Both the position numbers and the translations under genes were made by a program. A stretch of DNA of 64,000 nucleotides from Nitrosopumilus sp. Lineage in GTDB: Archaea; Thermoproteota; Nitrososphaeria; Nitrososphaerales; Nitrosopumilaceae. The notes beneath the pieces were generated by a model. That model worked only from the letters and a program-made list of their open reading frames with translations, did not search any database and was not told the origin of the DNA. This document shows, piece by piece, positions 41,203 to 50,756 of the stretch. Each line of letters starts with the position of its first letter. Position 1 is the stretch's first letter. The stretch covers positions 768,001 to 832,000 of the forward strand of contig CBDBGZ010000009.1 in the NCBI GenBank assembly GCA_965205425.1. Reading direction: 5' to 3'.

Positions 41203-42582
41203 ATGGTTGTTTCATATGGTAGTATTCTTATTGCAAGAATAAACCGAAATCCTCCATTTGTTAAAAAATTACTTTCCCGACTCTTCAAAACACCAGTTCA
41301 ATTCGTTGATAATCATGAATTTGTTTTTCATGTAAAATTTCCTGGAACTCATAACGAAGAGTTCCCACAACAATTAAAATCAAAATCCTCAAAACAATTT
41401 TTTGAAGTAAGACTCTGCTGGCATGGTTTTATCTTAATTAAATTTGAAAATAACACTGAATTAAATGACGATGAAAAACAATCACTTATTACCACAATTT
41501 ATGATTTTATAGAATTTCATATTCAAAGTGAAGAGGATTTATTTGAATATGATCTTACCATAACTCCAAAAGATGAAAGAAAAATATTTCCAACTAAAAC
41601 ATTTAAAGAAATAATTTTTGATAACACATCAGATTCGCAATTAATTCTTTCAAGTGTAAAAAACTTTGGAACAATTGTTAATCGATCATTACAAAAAAAC
41701 TTCAATGAACATAATGCCACTGTTTCTAATTCTATCAGAAAAAATTACGCACATACCATTCTATTGTCATTTATGATCTCACGAAGTCAATACTTGAGAC
41801 AATTTTACGCCTCAAAACGTTGTACTATAGTTCAAAATCCCCCTGTTTTTGATCAAATAACAAATGAATATGGCAATGTGATTACCGCCAACCGTGAAAT
41901 ATTTGATGTATTGGTAGATCCTAATCAAAAATTTGTGATTGAATCATCCCAAAAGGATCAGGTATCGGTAATTTCAATGGACATTGTTGGATTTAGTAAG
42001 AGTATTTCTCAAGATGGAGGTTCATCAATACAGGAACAAATTGATCAATTTAACCTGCTTTCTAAATGGATTTTTGATTGGCTAAGAGCAAAAAAAAGAT
42101 CGACCAGTCTACCAAAACCTGGAAATTCTGTATCGACCTCAAATTTCTGGATTAAATGTGTTGGTGATGGATATATTATCGCATTCAAGGATTTTGAGGA
42201 TGCGTTGAATTTGGCCAAATATCTCCAATCTAAAGAAAAACAAAAAGATCTTCCTCTTAGAGTTGGATTGGATCATGGAACGGTGCAATCTGTAAATGAT
42301 AGCGTGGGGAGGGAAGATTTGATTGGTTCAGCAATTACGTTGGCCGTTCGTATCATGTCTCAAGCTAATGAAGGAAACATATATTCTGCAAAATCATACG
42401 TACAAAAACTAAATGACGACAATGGTGCAAATTTTGTTAGTGGTGAAGATTTAGGAGTTCATCATGTTAAACATAAAATTCCATTAGAATTCTTTAATAT
42501 TTTTGATGATAACTGTGGAAATCCAATTCATCATAAATTTGATGATGAAGAACGAAAAAATTCCCCCTGCCCTAATTATTGA
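41203..42582 (+). CDS. Class III nucleotide (adenylate/guanylate) cyclase with an unknown N-terminal domain
   Basis: MDIVGFS, IKCVGDGYIIAF, LRVGLDHG, DLIGSAITLAVRIMSQA. Confidence 0.88.
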   Translation: MVVSYGSILIARINRNPPFVKKLLSRLFKTPVQFVDNHEFVFHVKFPGTHNEEFPQQLKSKSSKQFFEVRLCWHGFILIKFENNTELNDDEKQSLITTIYDFIEFHIQSEEDLFEYDLTITPKDERKIFPTKTFKEIIFDNTSDSQLILSSVKNFGTIVNRSLQKNFNEHNATVSNSIRKNYAHTILLSFMISRSQYLRQFYASKRCTIVQNPPVFDQITNEYGNVITANREIFDVLVDPNQKFVIESSQKDQVSVISMDIVGFSKSISQDGGSSIQEQIDQFNLLSKWIFDWLRAKKRSTSLPKPGNSVSTSNFWIKCVGDGYIIAFKDFEDALNLAKYLQSKEKQKDLPLRVGLDHGTVQSVNDSVGREDLIGSAITLAVRIMSQANEGNIYSAKSYVQKLNDDNGANFVSGEDLGVHHVKHKIPLEFFNIFDDNCGNPIHHKFDDEERKNSPCPNY

Positions 42583-42680
42583 TTATTTTTTTGATGTTGC
42601 CTTTTTCACATCTAGATTGAATCCATAATGATGATTTTTTTAAAAATGTGTTTTATTAACACGATTTAGTAACTGTTATT

Positions 42681-42998
42681 GTGAGTGATGAACTAGATCC
42701 TAGAATTGCAGGTGTAATAGGAGGTATAATCTTAATTATAATTTCTTTCATAATTCAAGATGAACGTGCACAAGCAGAAGAATATGTAAATAAAATCAAA
42801 GAAATTCCCTATCAAATAGACGCATGTAATGGAAATGTAGAATGTGAAAAAAATCTTGAACGAGTTTTAAGAACATATCAATCTGGTTTGAATACTATAG
42901 AACTTGCAAATTCAATTAAAACATTATTTTTCTGGTTTGGATTATTAGTTCTGGTGTCTCGATATTCACTCTATGGAAAGGAAATAACTAGTAAATGA
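42681..42998 (+). CDS. Small 2-TM membrane protein
   Basis: TM - helical loop with C-x4-C - TM. Confidence 0.6.
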   Translation: MSDELDPRIAGVIGGIILIIISFIIQDERAQAEEYVNKIKEIPYQIDACNGNVECEKNLERVLRTYQSGLNTIELANSIKTLFFWFGLLVLVSRYSLYGKEITSK

Positions 42999-43032
42999 GC
43001 CTAAATTCTGATTTCTATACAGTATTTTTCTA

Positions 43033-43048
43033 ATAGAAACCACTTTAT
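43033..43048 (+). repeat. attR candidate
   Basis: ATAGAAACCACTTTAT just upstream of the SDR gene. Confidence 0.8.
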
Positions 43049-43071
43049 CTTAAAATGATTTTTTTAAAATT

Positions 43072-43872
43072 GTGGATTTCAAAAACAAAGTTGTTCTCAT
43101 AACAGGTGCATCATCAGGAATTGGTAAAGAATCTGCTATAGAATTTGCAAAAAAAGGTGCCGACATAGTTCTAGTTTCAAGAACAAAAGAAAAGCTTGAA
43201 CAAGTTGCAGATGAATTAAAAAAATTCAATGTTACTACTATTACTTGTCAATGTGATGTATCTAAAAAAGATCAAGTTAAAGAAATGTCAAAAATAGTTT
43301 TAGAGAAATTTAATTCAGTTGATATTTTAGTAAATAACGCAGGTTTTGCAATCTATGGATCTGTATCTGATTTGAGTATTGATGATATAGAATCACAAAT
43401 GGAAACAAATTATTTTGGAATGATTTACTGCATCAAAAATTTTCTTCCATCAATGTTGGATAAAAAATCAGGTCACATAGTTAATGTTGCATCAGTAGCT
43501 GCAAGTTTTGGTTTACCCGGAATTGCCTCATATTGTGCATCAAAATTTGCAATGTTGGGTTTTTCAGAAGGACTAAAACATGAATTAAAAAATACTGGAG
43601 TTGGAATTACAATAGTTAGCCCTATTATGGTTAGGACAAATTTCTTTGAACATCCATCATTTGAAAAAATACCAAAATTTTCTCCAACTTCACTTAGTTC
43701 TAAAACCGTTGCAAAAGCAATTCTAAAGGCTGCAAATTCCCCTAGATTAGAAATTATAGTTCCATCTATAGTTAGAGGTGCAGTTTGGTTCAAAAACACA
43801 TTTCCATATTTAATTAATCCAATTATGGGAAAAGCTTTCAAAAAACAATTAGATTCTATGAAAAAAGATTAA
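43072..43872 (+). CDS. SDR family oxidoreductase
   Basis: TGASSGIG, NNAG, YCASK. Confidence 0.93.
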   Translation: MDFKNKVVLITGASSGIGKESAIEFAKKGADIVLVSRTKEKLEQVADELKKFNVTTITCQCDVSKKDQVKEMSKIVLEKFNSVDILVNNAGFAIYGSVSDLSIDDIESQMETNYFGMIYCIKNFLPSMLDKKSGHIVNVASVAASFGLPGIASYCASKFAMLGFSEGLKHELKNTGVGITIVSPIMVRTNFFEHPSFEKIPKFSPTSLSSKTVAKAILKAANSPRLEIIVPSIVRGAVWFKNTFPYLINPIMGKAFKKQLDSMKKD

Positions 43873-44276
43873 TCTTCTTCTGAAACATCATCTGTAGATT
43901 CACCATTAGAGCCTACATCTAACAATTCTAAAGATTTCAAATCAAATTGGTAAATTGCTTTCATATCAATTTCTTTTTCTTTTTCAAGAAATTCTGATAC
44001 TTTTTTACTTAATGGAGCTTTATGTTGATCAAATACAAATTCATAAACTTCACCTTTTAGTAAATCATCAATCTTTACTTTTTTTGGAACATCCATAGTT
44101 ACTATATGTCGTCCATCTTCTACTGCATCATACAATTGAACATCAATCTTGTTGTCCTCATAATAGAATTCTAAAATGTAACCTTGTTTTTTTTGTTCTT
44201 CAGGTTTCTTAAATTTAGCATTTTGAATTTCATCAGTAACCCATTCAGGAATTTCATCTTCTTTCTTTTTTACCAT
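43869..44276 (-). CDS. Hypothetical acidic protein
   Basis: 135-aa ORF. Confidence 0.7.
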   Translation of the reverse strand: MVKKKEDEIPEWVTDEIQNAKFKKPEEQKKQGYILEFYYEDNKIDVQLYDAVEDGRHIVTMDVPKKVKIDDLLKGEVYEFVFDQHKAPLSKKVSEFLEKEKEIDMKAIYQFDLKSLELLDVGSNGESTDDVSEED

Positions 44277-44283
44277 GGTAAAT

Positions 44284-44604
44284 CTACTCTACGGTTTCTG
44301 CTTTTTCTTTTTTACTTTTTGACCACCATTCAAGATAGTCATCGTGTTTGTCATCACGTGTTCTTTCTTTCTGATTTAACTTGAATCTAATATCTGAAAC
44401 TTCTTCTCTTGTTGCATACAAACCACACCGTTTACAAATGAAATGTCTTCTATTCTTCTCATCCATTTTCATTGGAATGTCAATTTCATCAAATAATTTG
44501 AATAAAGCGTCTCTACTTCTGTCTTCTTCTTCCGGAAAATCTTCTATGTATTTTGCTTCTATCTTCTTTTTTGCTCGTGATGTACATTCAGGACAGTTAG
44601 GCAC
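44284..44604 (-). CDS. Zn-ribbon hypothetical protein
   Basis: CPEC...CKRCG...YLEWW. Confidence 0.75.
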   Translation of the reverse strand: MPNCPECTSRAKKKIEAKYIEDFPEEEDRSRDALFKLFDEIDIPMKMDEKNRRHFICKRCGLYATREEVSDIRFKLNQKERTRDDKHDDYLEWWSKSKKEKAETVE

Positions 44605-44634
44605 TGATGATTTGGCTTAATTTTTTCCATAAAA

Positions 44635-44750
44635 GCGTTCCCACAATCTGAACTGATCGATATTGCCCGACACGCGGATTTTTTCATCATCCCTTTCGGT
44701 CCGTTCGCCCATCGAAATCCCGCGTGCCAGACGAACAAAATCATCAAAAT
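44635..44750 (-). ncRNA. Candidate structured RNA or leader
   Basis: GC-rich spacer; minus-strand stem GGCACGCGGGATTT/AAATCCGCGTGTC; two TGATGA motifs. Confidence 0.45.
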
Positions 44751-44756
44751 AATGTA

Positions 44757-45992
44757 TTATCTCTTTTCTTCTATGGTTTGAGCAGCAATTTTTGCTGAAT
44801 TTTCTGCTCCATTAGGAACAAAGTTCTTTGAAAATTCTTTCAAACTATCCTGAAATTCTTCATAATTTTCCTTAATTTTGGATATGCCTTGAGTCACTTG
44901 GTTAGTTTTAATCGCTAATACGCCTAGATTTTTCTCCTCTGCCCATCTGATATTGTTAGTATGTTCATCATAAATTGGAATTCCAATTATTGGTTTTGAT
45001 TTCCCACCCATTATTTCACCCATAACTGTATGAGATCCATTTACAACTGCATATTTGCATAAATTCAAAATTGTGTCTTTTTCTTGTTCAGAGAGAAAAC
45101 CAATATCAATTTGAATCCAATCAATTTTTCTTTCTAAAGCTTCTGTTATTGAATATTTTTTTCCATCTTTTCCAATTACTGAATCTATGTCAGGATTATT
45201 TCTTGCATGAGAAATAATTCTTTTTTCATCATTCATTTCATTTTGATGAAATACTTCTTCATATCTTTGACCAGTACCATCATTAGTTGATTTATTTCCA
45301 GTTCGCATCCAATACCCAAATTCATTATCTTTAACTAATTTTTCAAGATCTGATTCTTTTTCTTTTTTAATTTCTTTACTATTTGTAAAATGACCAACAT
45401 AAGTAATTTTTTCTTGTACTTCTTTAATAAAATTCAAATTATATTCACACATTGTATATGGTGGAGGTGAATCTGCAACAAGAATTTTTGATGCCTTGGC
45501 AATTTGTTTAGCAACAAAGATTAATGATGGATATAGATAAGATCTTGAATTATATAATTTAGGTCTAAATTGATTTGTTACAAACAAACTAGGAATATTT
45601 CGATTCTTTGCTAGAATGTTTGAACCCATATCCCCATCATTTATTACCAAATCAAATTTTTCTTTGTTGTAGAGCTTTCTCTCTTCTCTTAAATAATTTG
45701 CAATCTGTCTTACTAATGGTGGATTTTTTGATACTGGAAGTAACAAATTCATCAAAGACATCGAAACACTAGGACCAAATTTCCCATCAATAGGAGTAGG
45801 CATTAGGATTTCATGAATTTTTTCTTTTTGATCAGGAAATTTTTTTAATAATTTTTCATAAACATGATCTTTACTTGAAAAATGAACTTCAAATTCCTCT
45901 TTGATATGGTCTTCTAAAATCTCGTTTAACCTCATCATTCGTGAGTAATGTCCACTTCCCCATGGGTAGATGAATTCTCCTATTTTGAGCAC
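44757..45992 (-). CDS. Glycosyltransferase, GT-B fold (family 28-like)
   Basis: WGSGHYSR, DLVINDGD, C-terminal GSHT..E / DEH motifs. Confidence 0.8.
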   Translation of the reverse strand: MLKIGEFIYPWGSGHYSRMMRLNEILEDHIKEEFEVHFSSKDHVYEKLLKKFPDQKEKIHEILMPTPIDGKFGPSVSMSLMNLLLPVSKNPPLVRQIANYLREERKLYNKEKFDLVINDGDMGSNILAKNRNIPSLFVTNQFRPKLYNSRSYLYPSLIFVAKQIAKASKILVADSPPPYTMCEYNLNFIKEVQEKITYVGHFTNSKEIKKEKESDLEKLVKDNEFGYWMRTGNKSTNDGTGQRYEEVFHQNEMNDEKRIISHARNNPDIDSVIGKDGKKYSITEALERKIDWIQIDIGFLSEQEKDTILNLCKYAVVNGSHTVMGEIMGGKSKPIIGIPIYDEHTNNIRWAEEKNLGVLAIKTNQVTQGISKIKENYEEFQDSLKEFSKNFVPNGAENSAKIAAQTIEEKR

Positions 45993-46022
45993 AATATGAA
46001 ATCTAATATGCCGTTTAAATTC

Positions 46023-47135
46023 TCAATGATTTTCTAAGGAATCTAAAATATCGTGCACGTTATTAGGACCAATCCTAACTATGATCTTTTTCTTTGTCTT
46101 GAGAGCAAATTCTACTTCTTTTTTTACAAATGGAGGTATTTCATTTGATGTGGTGATAACCATTTTTTTCAATTTTTTCATATTTCTTTCCAATCCGATC
46201 TCTTTAGCTTCATCAAACAAATTGGAATCCACACCAGTTAATGGAAGAATTGGTATTTTCTTTTTCTCAAATACTTGTTTTACAGAATTATCGATGAATT
46301 CAGAAGAAAAAACAAGTGGAGATAATGCTAATGATACACGTTTTGTAGGATATTGTAATAATATCTCCAAAATAGAATTTACATAAATTAAGTAATTTTT
46401 AATTCCATTAGGATTAATTTTCAGCTGTAAAAATTCAATTTCAATTTTATCTTGTACCAATCTTGGAATTATTTGATTAATTATTTTTGCAAGATTCATC
46501 AATTCTGATTTTTGTCTATAACATACAATTATTTTTATCTCGTTTCCTTGCTTAATAGTTTCAAAACAAGATACAGCTGAAATTTCGTCATACACTGCAC
46601 AAATAGTTTTTTCATTTTGTGTTTGGTATGGTATTCCACCTTTACCTTCATCAGAAAAAATACAGATGTATGCATTGTTTTTTGTAAGATATGTATATAG
46701 TAACTTGTCAAAATTTTCATCTGTACCAGGATGTGCACCTAAATTTGATTTCTTATCTATAATATTTGATGTTGCAGCAATTTCTACATCTTTAGTTACA
46801 AATCCTTTTGAAATACCGTCTACTTTAACAAGGAATTTTTCTCCCTTTAAGAGTAAATTACCACTAATGGATGTTATTTCAGAAATAATATTTTGAAAAT
46901 CATTTTTAATTTGTCTAGCAATAGCAATTTTTTTAATTCCAAAAAGTAAATTAATTGCTGATGAGGCAAAAACAGGATCATTTGCGTGTACTAAAATTAT
47001 ATCTCCATCACGTTTGACAGATTTAAATTCTTGATTTTTTATCTTGAGAATTTTTTTGATATTTATTATTAATTGTGGAATTTTATTTTTTGAAAATATA
47101 GTTGGAAAAACTATAACATATGATATTTCATCCAT
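46023..47135 (-). CDS. THUMP-domain protein (ThiI-like, degenerate PP-loop)
   Basis: LFGI, FLVKV, GKGGIP; lacks SGGxDS. Confidence 0.7.
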   Translation of the reverse strand: MDEISYVIVFPTIFSKNKIPQLIINIKKILKIKNQEFKSVKRDGDIILVHANDPVFASSAINLLFGIKKIAIARQIKNDFQNIISEITSISGNLLLKGEKFLVKVDGISKGFVTKDVEIAATSNIIDKKSNLGAHPGTDENFDKLLYTYLTKNNAYICIFSDEGKGGIPYQTQNEKTICAVYDEISAVSCFETIKQGNEIKIIVCYRQKSELMNLAKIINQIIPRLVQDKIEIEFLQLKINPNGIKNYLIYVNSILEILLQYPTKRVSLALSPLVFSSEFIDNSVKQVFEKKKIPILPLTGVDSNLFDEAKEIGLERNMKKLKKMVITTSNEIPPFVKKEVEFALKTKKKIIVRIGPNNVHDILDSLENH

Positions 47136-47219
47136 ATTTTCTATTTTGAATTATACTTGTTTATAATTTAGGATAAAATTTCGGGTAATCAATATAAAAC
47201 AAATAATCTAACTGTAATT

Positions 47220-47945
47220 GTGACAAAATTCACTCAAGAACAAGTAGATGAACTAAACTCAAAAATAAAAACTACTGAAGAAGCATTACAATGGGTTTCA
47301 GACAATCTTCATCCCAAAGTTGCAAAAGCATCAAGCTTTGGCGCTGAAGATGCTATAGTTATGGATATTATGTTAAAAATTAATCCTGCATTTCGATTTT
47401 TTACTCTTGATACTGGTAGATTACCACAAGAAACCTATGATATCATAGATATTGTTTCTAAAAAATATGATATTGTTGTAGAAGTTCTATTTCCAGATAC
47501 ACGAGAAGTTGAAGATATGGTAAACGAAAAGGGAATGAATCTTTTCTATGAAAGTGTAGAGAATAGAAAATTGTGTTGTGAAATTCGTAAAGTTCATCCA
47601 ATGAACAAAATGTTGAGTACCTTAGATGGTTGGATTACTGGATTAAGACGTGATCAGACTAAAAATCGAGAAAATGTTACAATTTTTCAACTAGATCATG
47701 GGCATGGAGGAATTCTAAAAATTAATCCAATAATAGATTGGACTTGGGATCAAATTCAAGAATATATTAAAAAAAATAACTTACCCTATAACAGTCTCCT
47801 TGACAAAAATTATCCAAGTATTGGATGTGAACCATGTACAAGACCTATCAAACCTGGGGAAGATTTGAGATCAGGAAGATGGTGGTGGGAACAAGGAGGA
47901 AATAAAGAGTGTGGCCTTCATATAGAGCGTAAAAGAGAAGACTAG
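47220..47945 (+). CDS. cysH: APS/PAPS reductase (Fe-S type)
   Basis: [40 protein letters not shown]. Confidence 0.95.
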   Translation: MTKFTQEQVDELNSKIKTTEEALQWVSDNLHPKVAKASSFGAEDAIVMDIMLKINPAFRFFTLDTGRLPQETYDIIDIVSKKYDIVVEVLFPDTREVEDMVNEKGMNLFYESVENRKLCCEIRKVHPMNKMLSTLDGWITGLRRDQTKNRENVTIFQLDHGHGGILKINPIIDWTWDQIQEYIKKNNLPYNSLLDKNYPSIGCEPCTRPIKPGEDLRSGRWWWEQGGNKECGLHIERKRED

Positions 47946-47946
47946 C

Positions 47947-49089
47947 ATGTCAGATAACAATTCAATCAACCCACACGGTGGAGTACTAGTTAACAGAATT
48001 ATCAAAACTGATCCTACTGGATTATTCTCAATTACAATTAGTGAAGATGTTGCAAATGATGTTGAAAATATAGCAGATGGGATTTTTAGCCCTCTGGAAG
48101 GATTTCTATGTAAAGAAGACTTTGAAAGTGTTGTTTCTCGTGGAAGACTATCAAATGATTTAGCTTGGACTATTCCAATTGTACTTGATGTTGATGAAGA
48201 TACTGCTACTAAAATGAAAGAAGCTAAAGACGTTTTATTAAAAAATCCAGATGGCATTGGTGTTGCAGTGTTACATGTTGATGAAACTTATTCTTTTGAT
48301 AAAGAAAAAACAGCTCAAGGAGTCTATGGAACTAATGATTCAGCACATCCAGGTGTTGCATATACAATGTCAATGAAAGATTTCTTGGTTGGCGGAAAAA
48401 TTGATTATATCCAAAGACCAAATGATACTGAAATTAGAAAAAATAGATTAACTCCAACTCAAACACGAGAAGCTTTTGCAAAATCTGGATGGAAAACCAT
48501 CTGTGCATTTCAAACTAGAAATCCACCTCATGTAGCACATGAAATGTTACAAAAAACATCAATCACTACTCGTGATGGCGTGTTTGTAAATCCAGTTATT
48601 GGAAAGAAAAAATCTGGTGATTTTGTAGATGAAGTTATTGTAAAATGCTATGAAACCATGATAAAATCATACTATCCTGAAAATCGATGTCAACTAGGAA
48701 CATTACATACACAAATGAAGTATGCTGGACCAAAAGAAGCAATTCATCATGCAATTATGAGACAAAATTATGGTTGTACACACATCATCATAGGACGTGA
48801 TCATGCAGGTGTTGGAAAATTCTATGATCCAATGGCAGCACAAAAAATCTTTGATGATTATCCAGAGTTAGATATTTCTCCGGTATTCTTCCCACCATTC
48901 TTCTATTGTAGAAAATGCCTTACATACACTACTCCTAAAGCATGTCCGCATGATAACGATGTTAAAGAGCAAATTAGTGGAACTGCATTAAGAGAAATGA
49001 TTCAAAATGGTCAGGCACCATCAGAATTCATTCTAAGACCAGAAGTAGCACAAGTAATTTTGGATCATCCAAAACCATTTGTTGATTAG
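47947..49089 (+). CDS. sat: Sulfate adenylyltransferase
   Basis: [33 protein letters not shown]. Confidence 0.97.
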   Translation: MSDNNSINPHGGVLVNRIIKTDPTGLFSITISEDVANDVENIADGIFSPLEGFLCKEDFESVVSRGRLSNDLAWTIPIVLDVDEDTATKMKEAKDVLLKNPDGIGVAVLHVDETYSFDKEKTAQGVYGTNDSAHPGVAYTMSMKDFLVGGKIDYIQRPNDTEIRKNRLTPTQTREAFAKSGWKTICAFQTRNPPHVAHEMLQKTSITTRDGVFVNPVIGKKKSGDFVDEVIVKCYETMIKSYYPENRCQLGTLHTQMKYAGPKEAIHHAIMRQNYGCTHIIIGRDHAGVGKFYDPMAAQKIFDDYPELDISPVFFPPFFYCRKCLTYTTPKACPHDNDVKEQISGTALREMIQNGQAPSEFILRPEVAQVILDHPKPFVD

Positions 49090-49119
49090 ATTTTTATTCA
49101 ATCAAATTTACTCTAGCTT

Positions 49120-49788
49120 GTGAAGTATCTTTTTGCAATAATTTTATTTTTAGGAATTTCTGTATCTCCAGCCTTTGCTCAAGAAGAAAAGAATCCATCA
49201 TTAATTATTGATACATTAGAAATTCCTTCAAATGAATTCAATACAATATTACGTGAATCACCAATTAGAATTTTAGATGATGTTCATGCAGTTAGCTGGC
49301 AAGTAACCATTGATAACAATCTACTGTATGCAAATCCAAATGGAAATGCTGTTTTGAGATTATACGATCAAGCAACACATGATGAATTCATAGAAGTTGG
49401 GATGGGATCAAAACCTGACAACAAATTTTGGGTAGCAGTTCAAACTCCAAAAGAAGGTTACATTGTTGTCCACAGCGATTTAGATAGAGGTTGGTATCCT
49501 GAAGCAAAATCTATCATATCCTTTACTGATAGAGCAGGACTAACTGTGAATAACGGAGCTAGAATTGTAGTTACAAATTTGGATATAGGCGAATTTGCAG
49601 TTCATTCGTATTCAGTTCATGGAATGGAAGGCTCTACTGATCCTCCTGCAGTAAGTTCTGGAAGCATGATTATAGAATTTCTTTCAGGAGATCCTGCAAA
49701 AAACATCTTTGCACTATATCCATTTTACATGGCCGCAGCCGTGGGAGTTTTAGTTGGAGTTTTGTTTCTAACTAAAAAGCGATCATAG
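49120..49788 (+). CDS. Secreted/membrane-anchored hypothetical protein
   Basis: Signal peptide and C-terminal TM with KKR tail. Confidence 0.75.
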   Translation: MKYLFAIILFLGISVSPAFAQEEKNPSLIIDTLEIPSNEFNTILRESPIRILDDVHAVSWQVTIDNNLLYANPNGNAVLRLYDQATHDEFIEVGMGSKPDNKFWVAVQTPKEGYIVVHSDLDRGWYPEAKSIISFTDRAGLTVNNGARIVVTNLDIGEFAVHSYSVHGMEGSTDPPAVSSGSMIIEFLSGDPAKNIFALYPFYMAAAVGVLVGVLFLTKKRS

Positions 49789-49929
49789 ACATTGTATAGC
49801 GAGAAGCATAAGTTCGTGAGTTATTTTTTAGGTGTTTCAATTTGTTTATTCGTATTTACCTATAGGCAAGATCAACTGATTCCTAGTTTTTTGAAATTAT
49901 TTAGTTCACGAACTTTATCTTTTCGCTAT

Positions 49930-50326
49930 ATATGCAACATCTGGATGTGCTGAATCATTAGAAATTCAGCGTCAAATATTGGAGGGTCCTGATGAGGGTT
50001 TACAGCACGTAGAACTTGATGCACATTGCTCAGTGAGTATATCACAAATCATTGATACTGTTGCTGGAAAAAAATATGAATTAAGTTATGCATCAAAAGA
50101 AAGACCTAATACTTCTACTCAAACAAATGGATTATTAGTTAACTTGAATGGTGATGAGATTTCTGAAATTTCAAACATGTCCTCTGATTGGAAAACTAAA
50201 AAACATAAATTTACTGCAACTGGTCCTACTACAATTGAATTTATTGATATTGGAACATCAGATAGCTATAGTACATTCTTAGATGATGTCAAAGTTACAC
50301 TATATTCTGATAAACACAACGACTAA
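49930..50326 (+). pseudogene. DUF642-like carbohydrate-binding domain fragment
   Basis: VELDAH..SISQ..T..GKKYELS.A...FTATG...IGTSDSY..FLDDV; no clear N-terminus. Confidence 0.5.
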
Positions 50327-50369
50327 GAAAATTTCTAAATAAAATCCTATAATTAAAAACTAAATTATT

Positions 50370-50756
50370 CTAAAGAATTGTAATTTGTGTAGTAGCTTCA
50401 GTATCAATCAAAACTTTCATTTCTGTTTCTAATGCATCAAATTCTTTTTCTGAAATTATTATAAGTGGTATATTTGCTAAAGCACATCCGGTTGTAACTA
50501 TTAGATCAGCTTTTTTACAGATCATTGCAAGTGGAGCTGAATTATTTGATTTTATTGAATAGATTGTGTATGCACCAACACTACTTCCTATACCACTAGG
50601 AAAAACTAGAATGGAATCTTTAATTGATTTATTAAATAAATCATGATTTTTATCACTAATTATCCCCGATTTTTTTTCTACTGTACCCAAAAAATTAATT
50701 GCATTTTCAGATTTTAAAATTTTACCTTGAATTTTTCCTTTAACAAGAACTTTCAT
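50370..50756 (-). CDS. Aconitase X swivel subunit (DUF126; phosphomevalonate dehydratase small subunit)
   Basis: INFLG, GIGSSVGAY, APLAMIC; coupled to the DUF521 gene. Confidence 0.88.
   Translation of the reverse strand: MKVLVKGKIQGKILKSENAINFLGTVEKKSGIISDKNHDLFNKSIKDSILVFPSGIGSSVGAYTIYSIKSNNSAPLAMICKKADLIVTTGCALANIPLIIISEKEFDALETEMKVLIDTEATTQITIL

Larger units (their letters stand above)
18596..43048. mobile_element. Integrated mobile genetic element (~24.4 kb) with defence-type cargo
   Basis: Tyrosine integrase at the left end; flanking direct repeats ATAGAAACCACTCTAT and ATAGAAACCACTTTAT; housekeeping genes on both sides. Confidence 0.88.

Noticed and set aside
18596..43048. Provirus or casposon identity for the element
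   Set aside because: No recognisable capsid, terminase, PolB or Cas1 genes; the element has a tyrosine integrase and direct repeats rather than TIRs.
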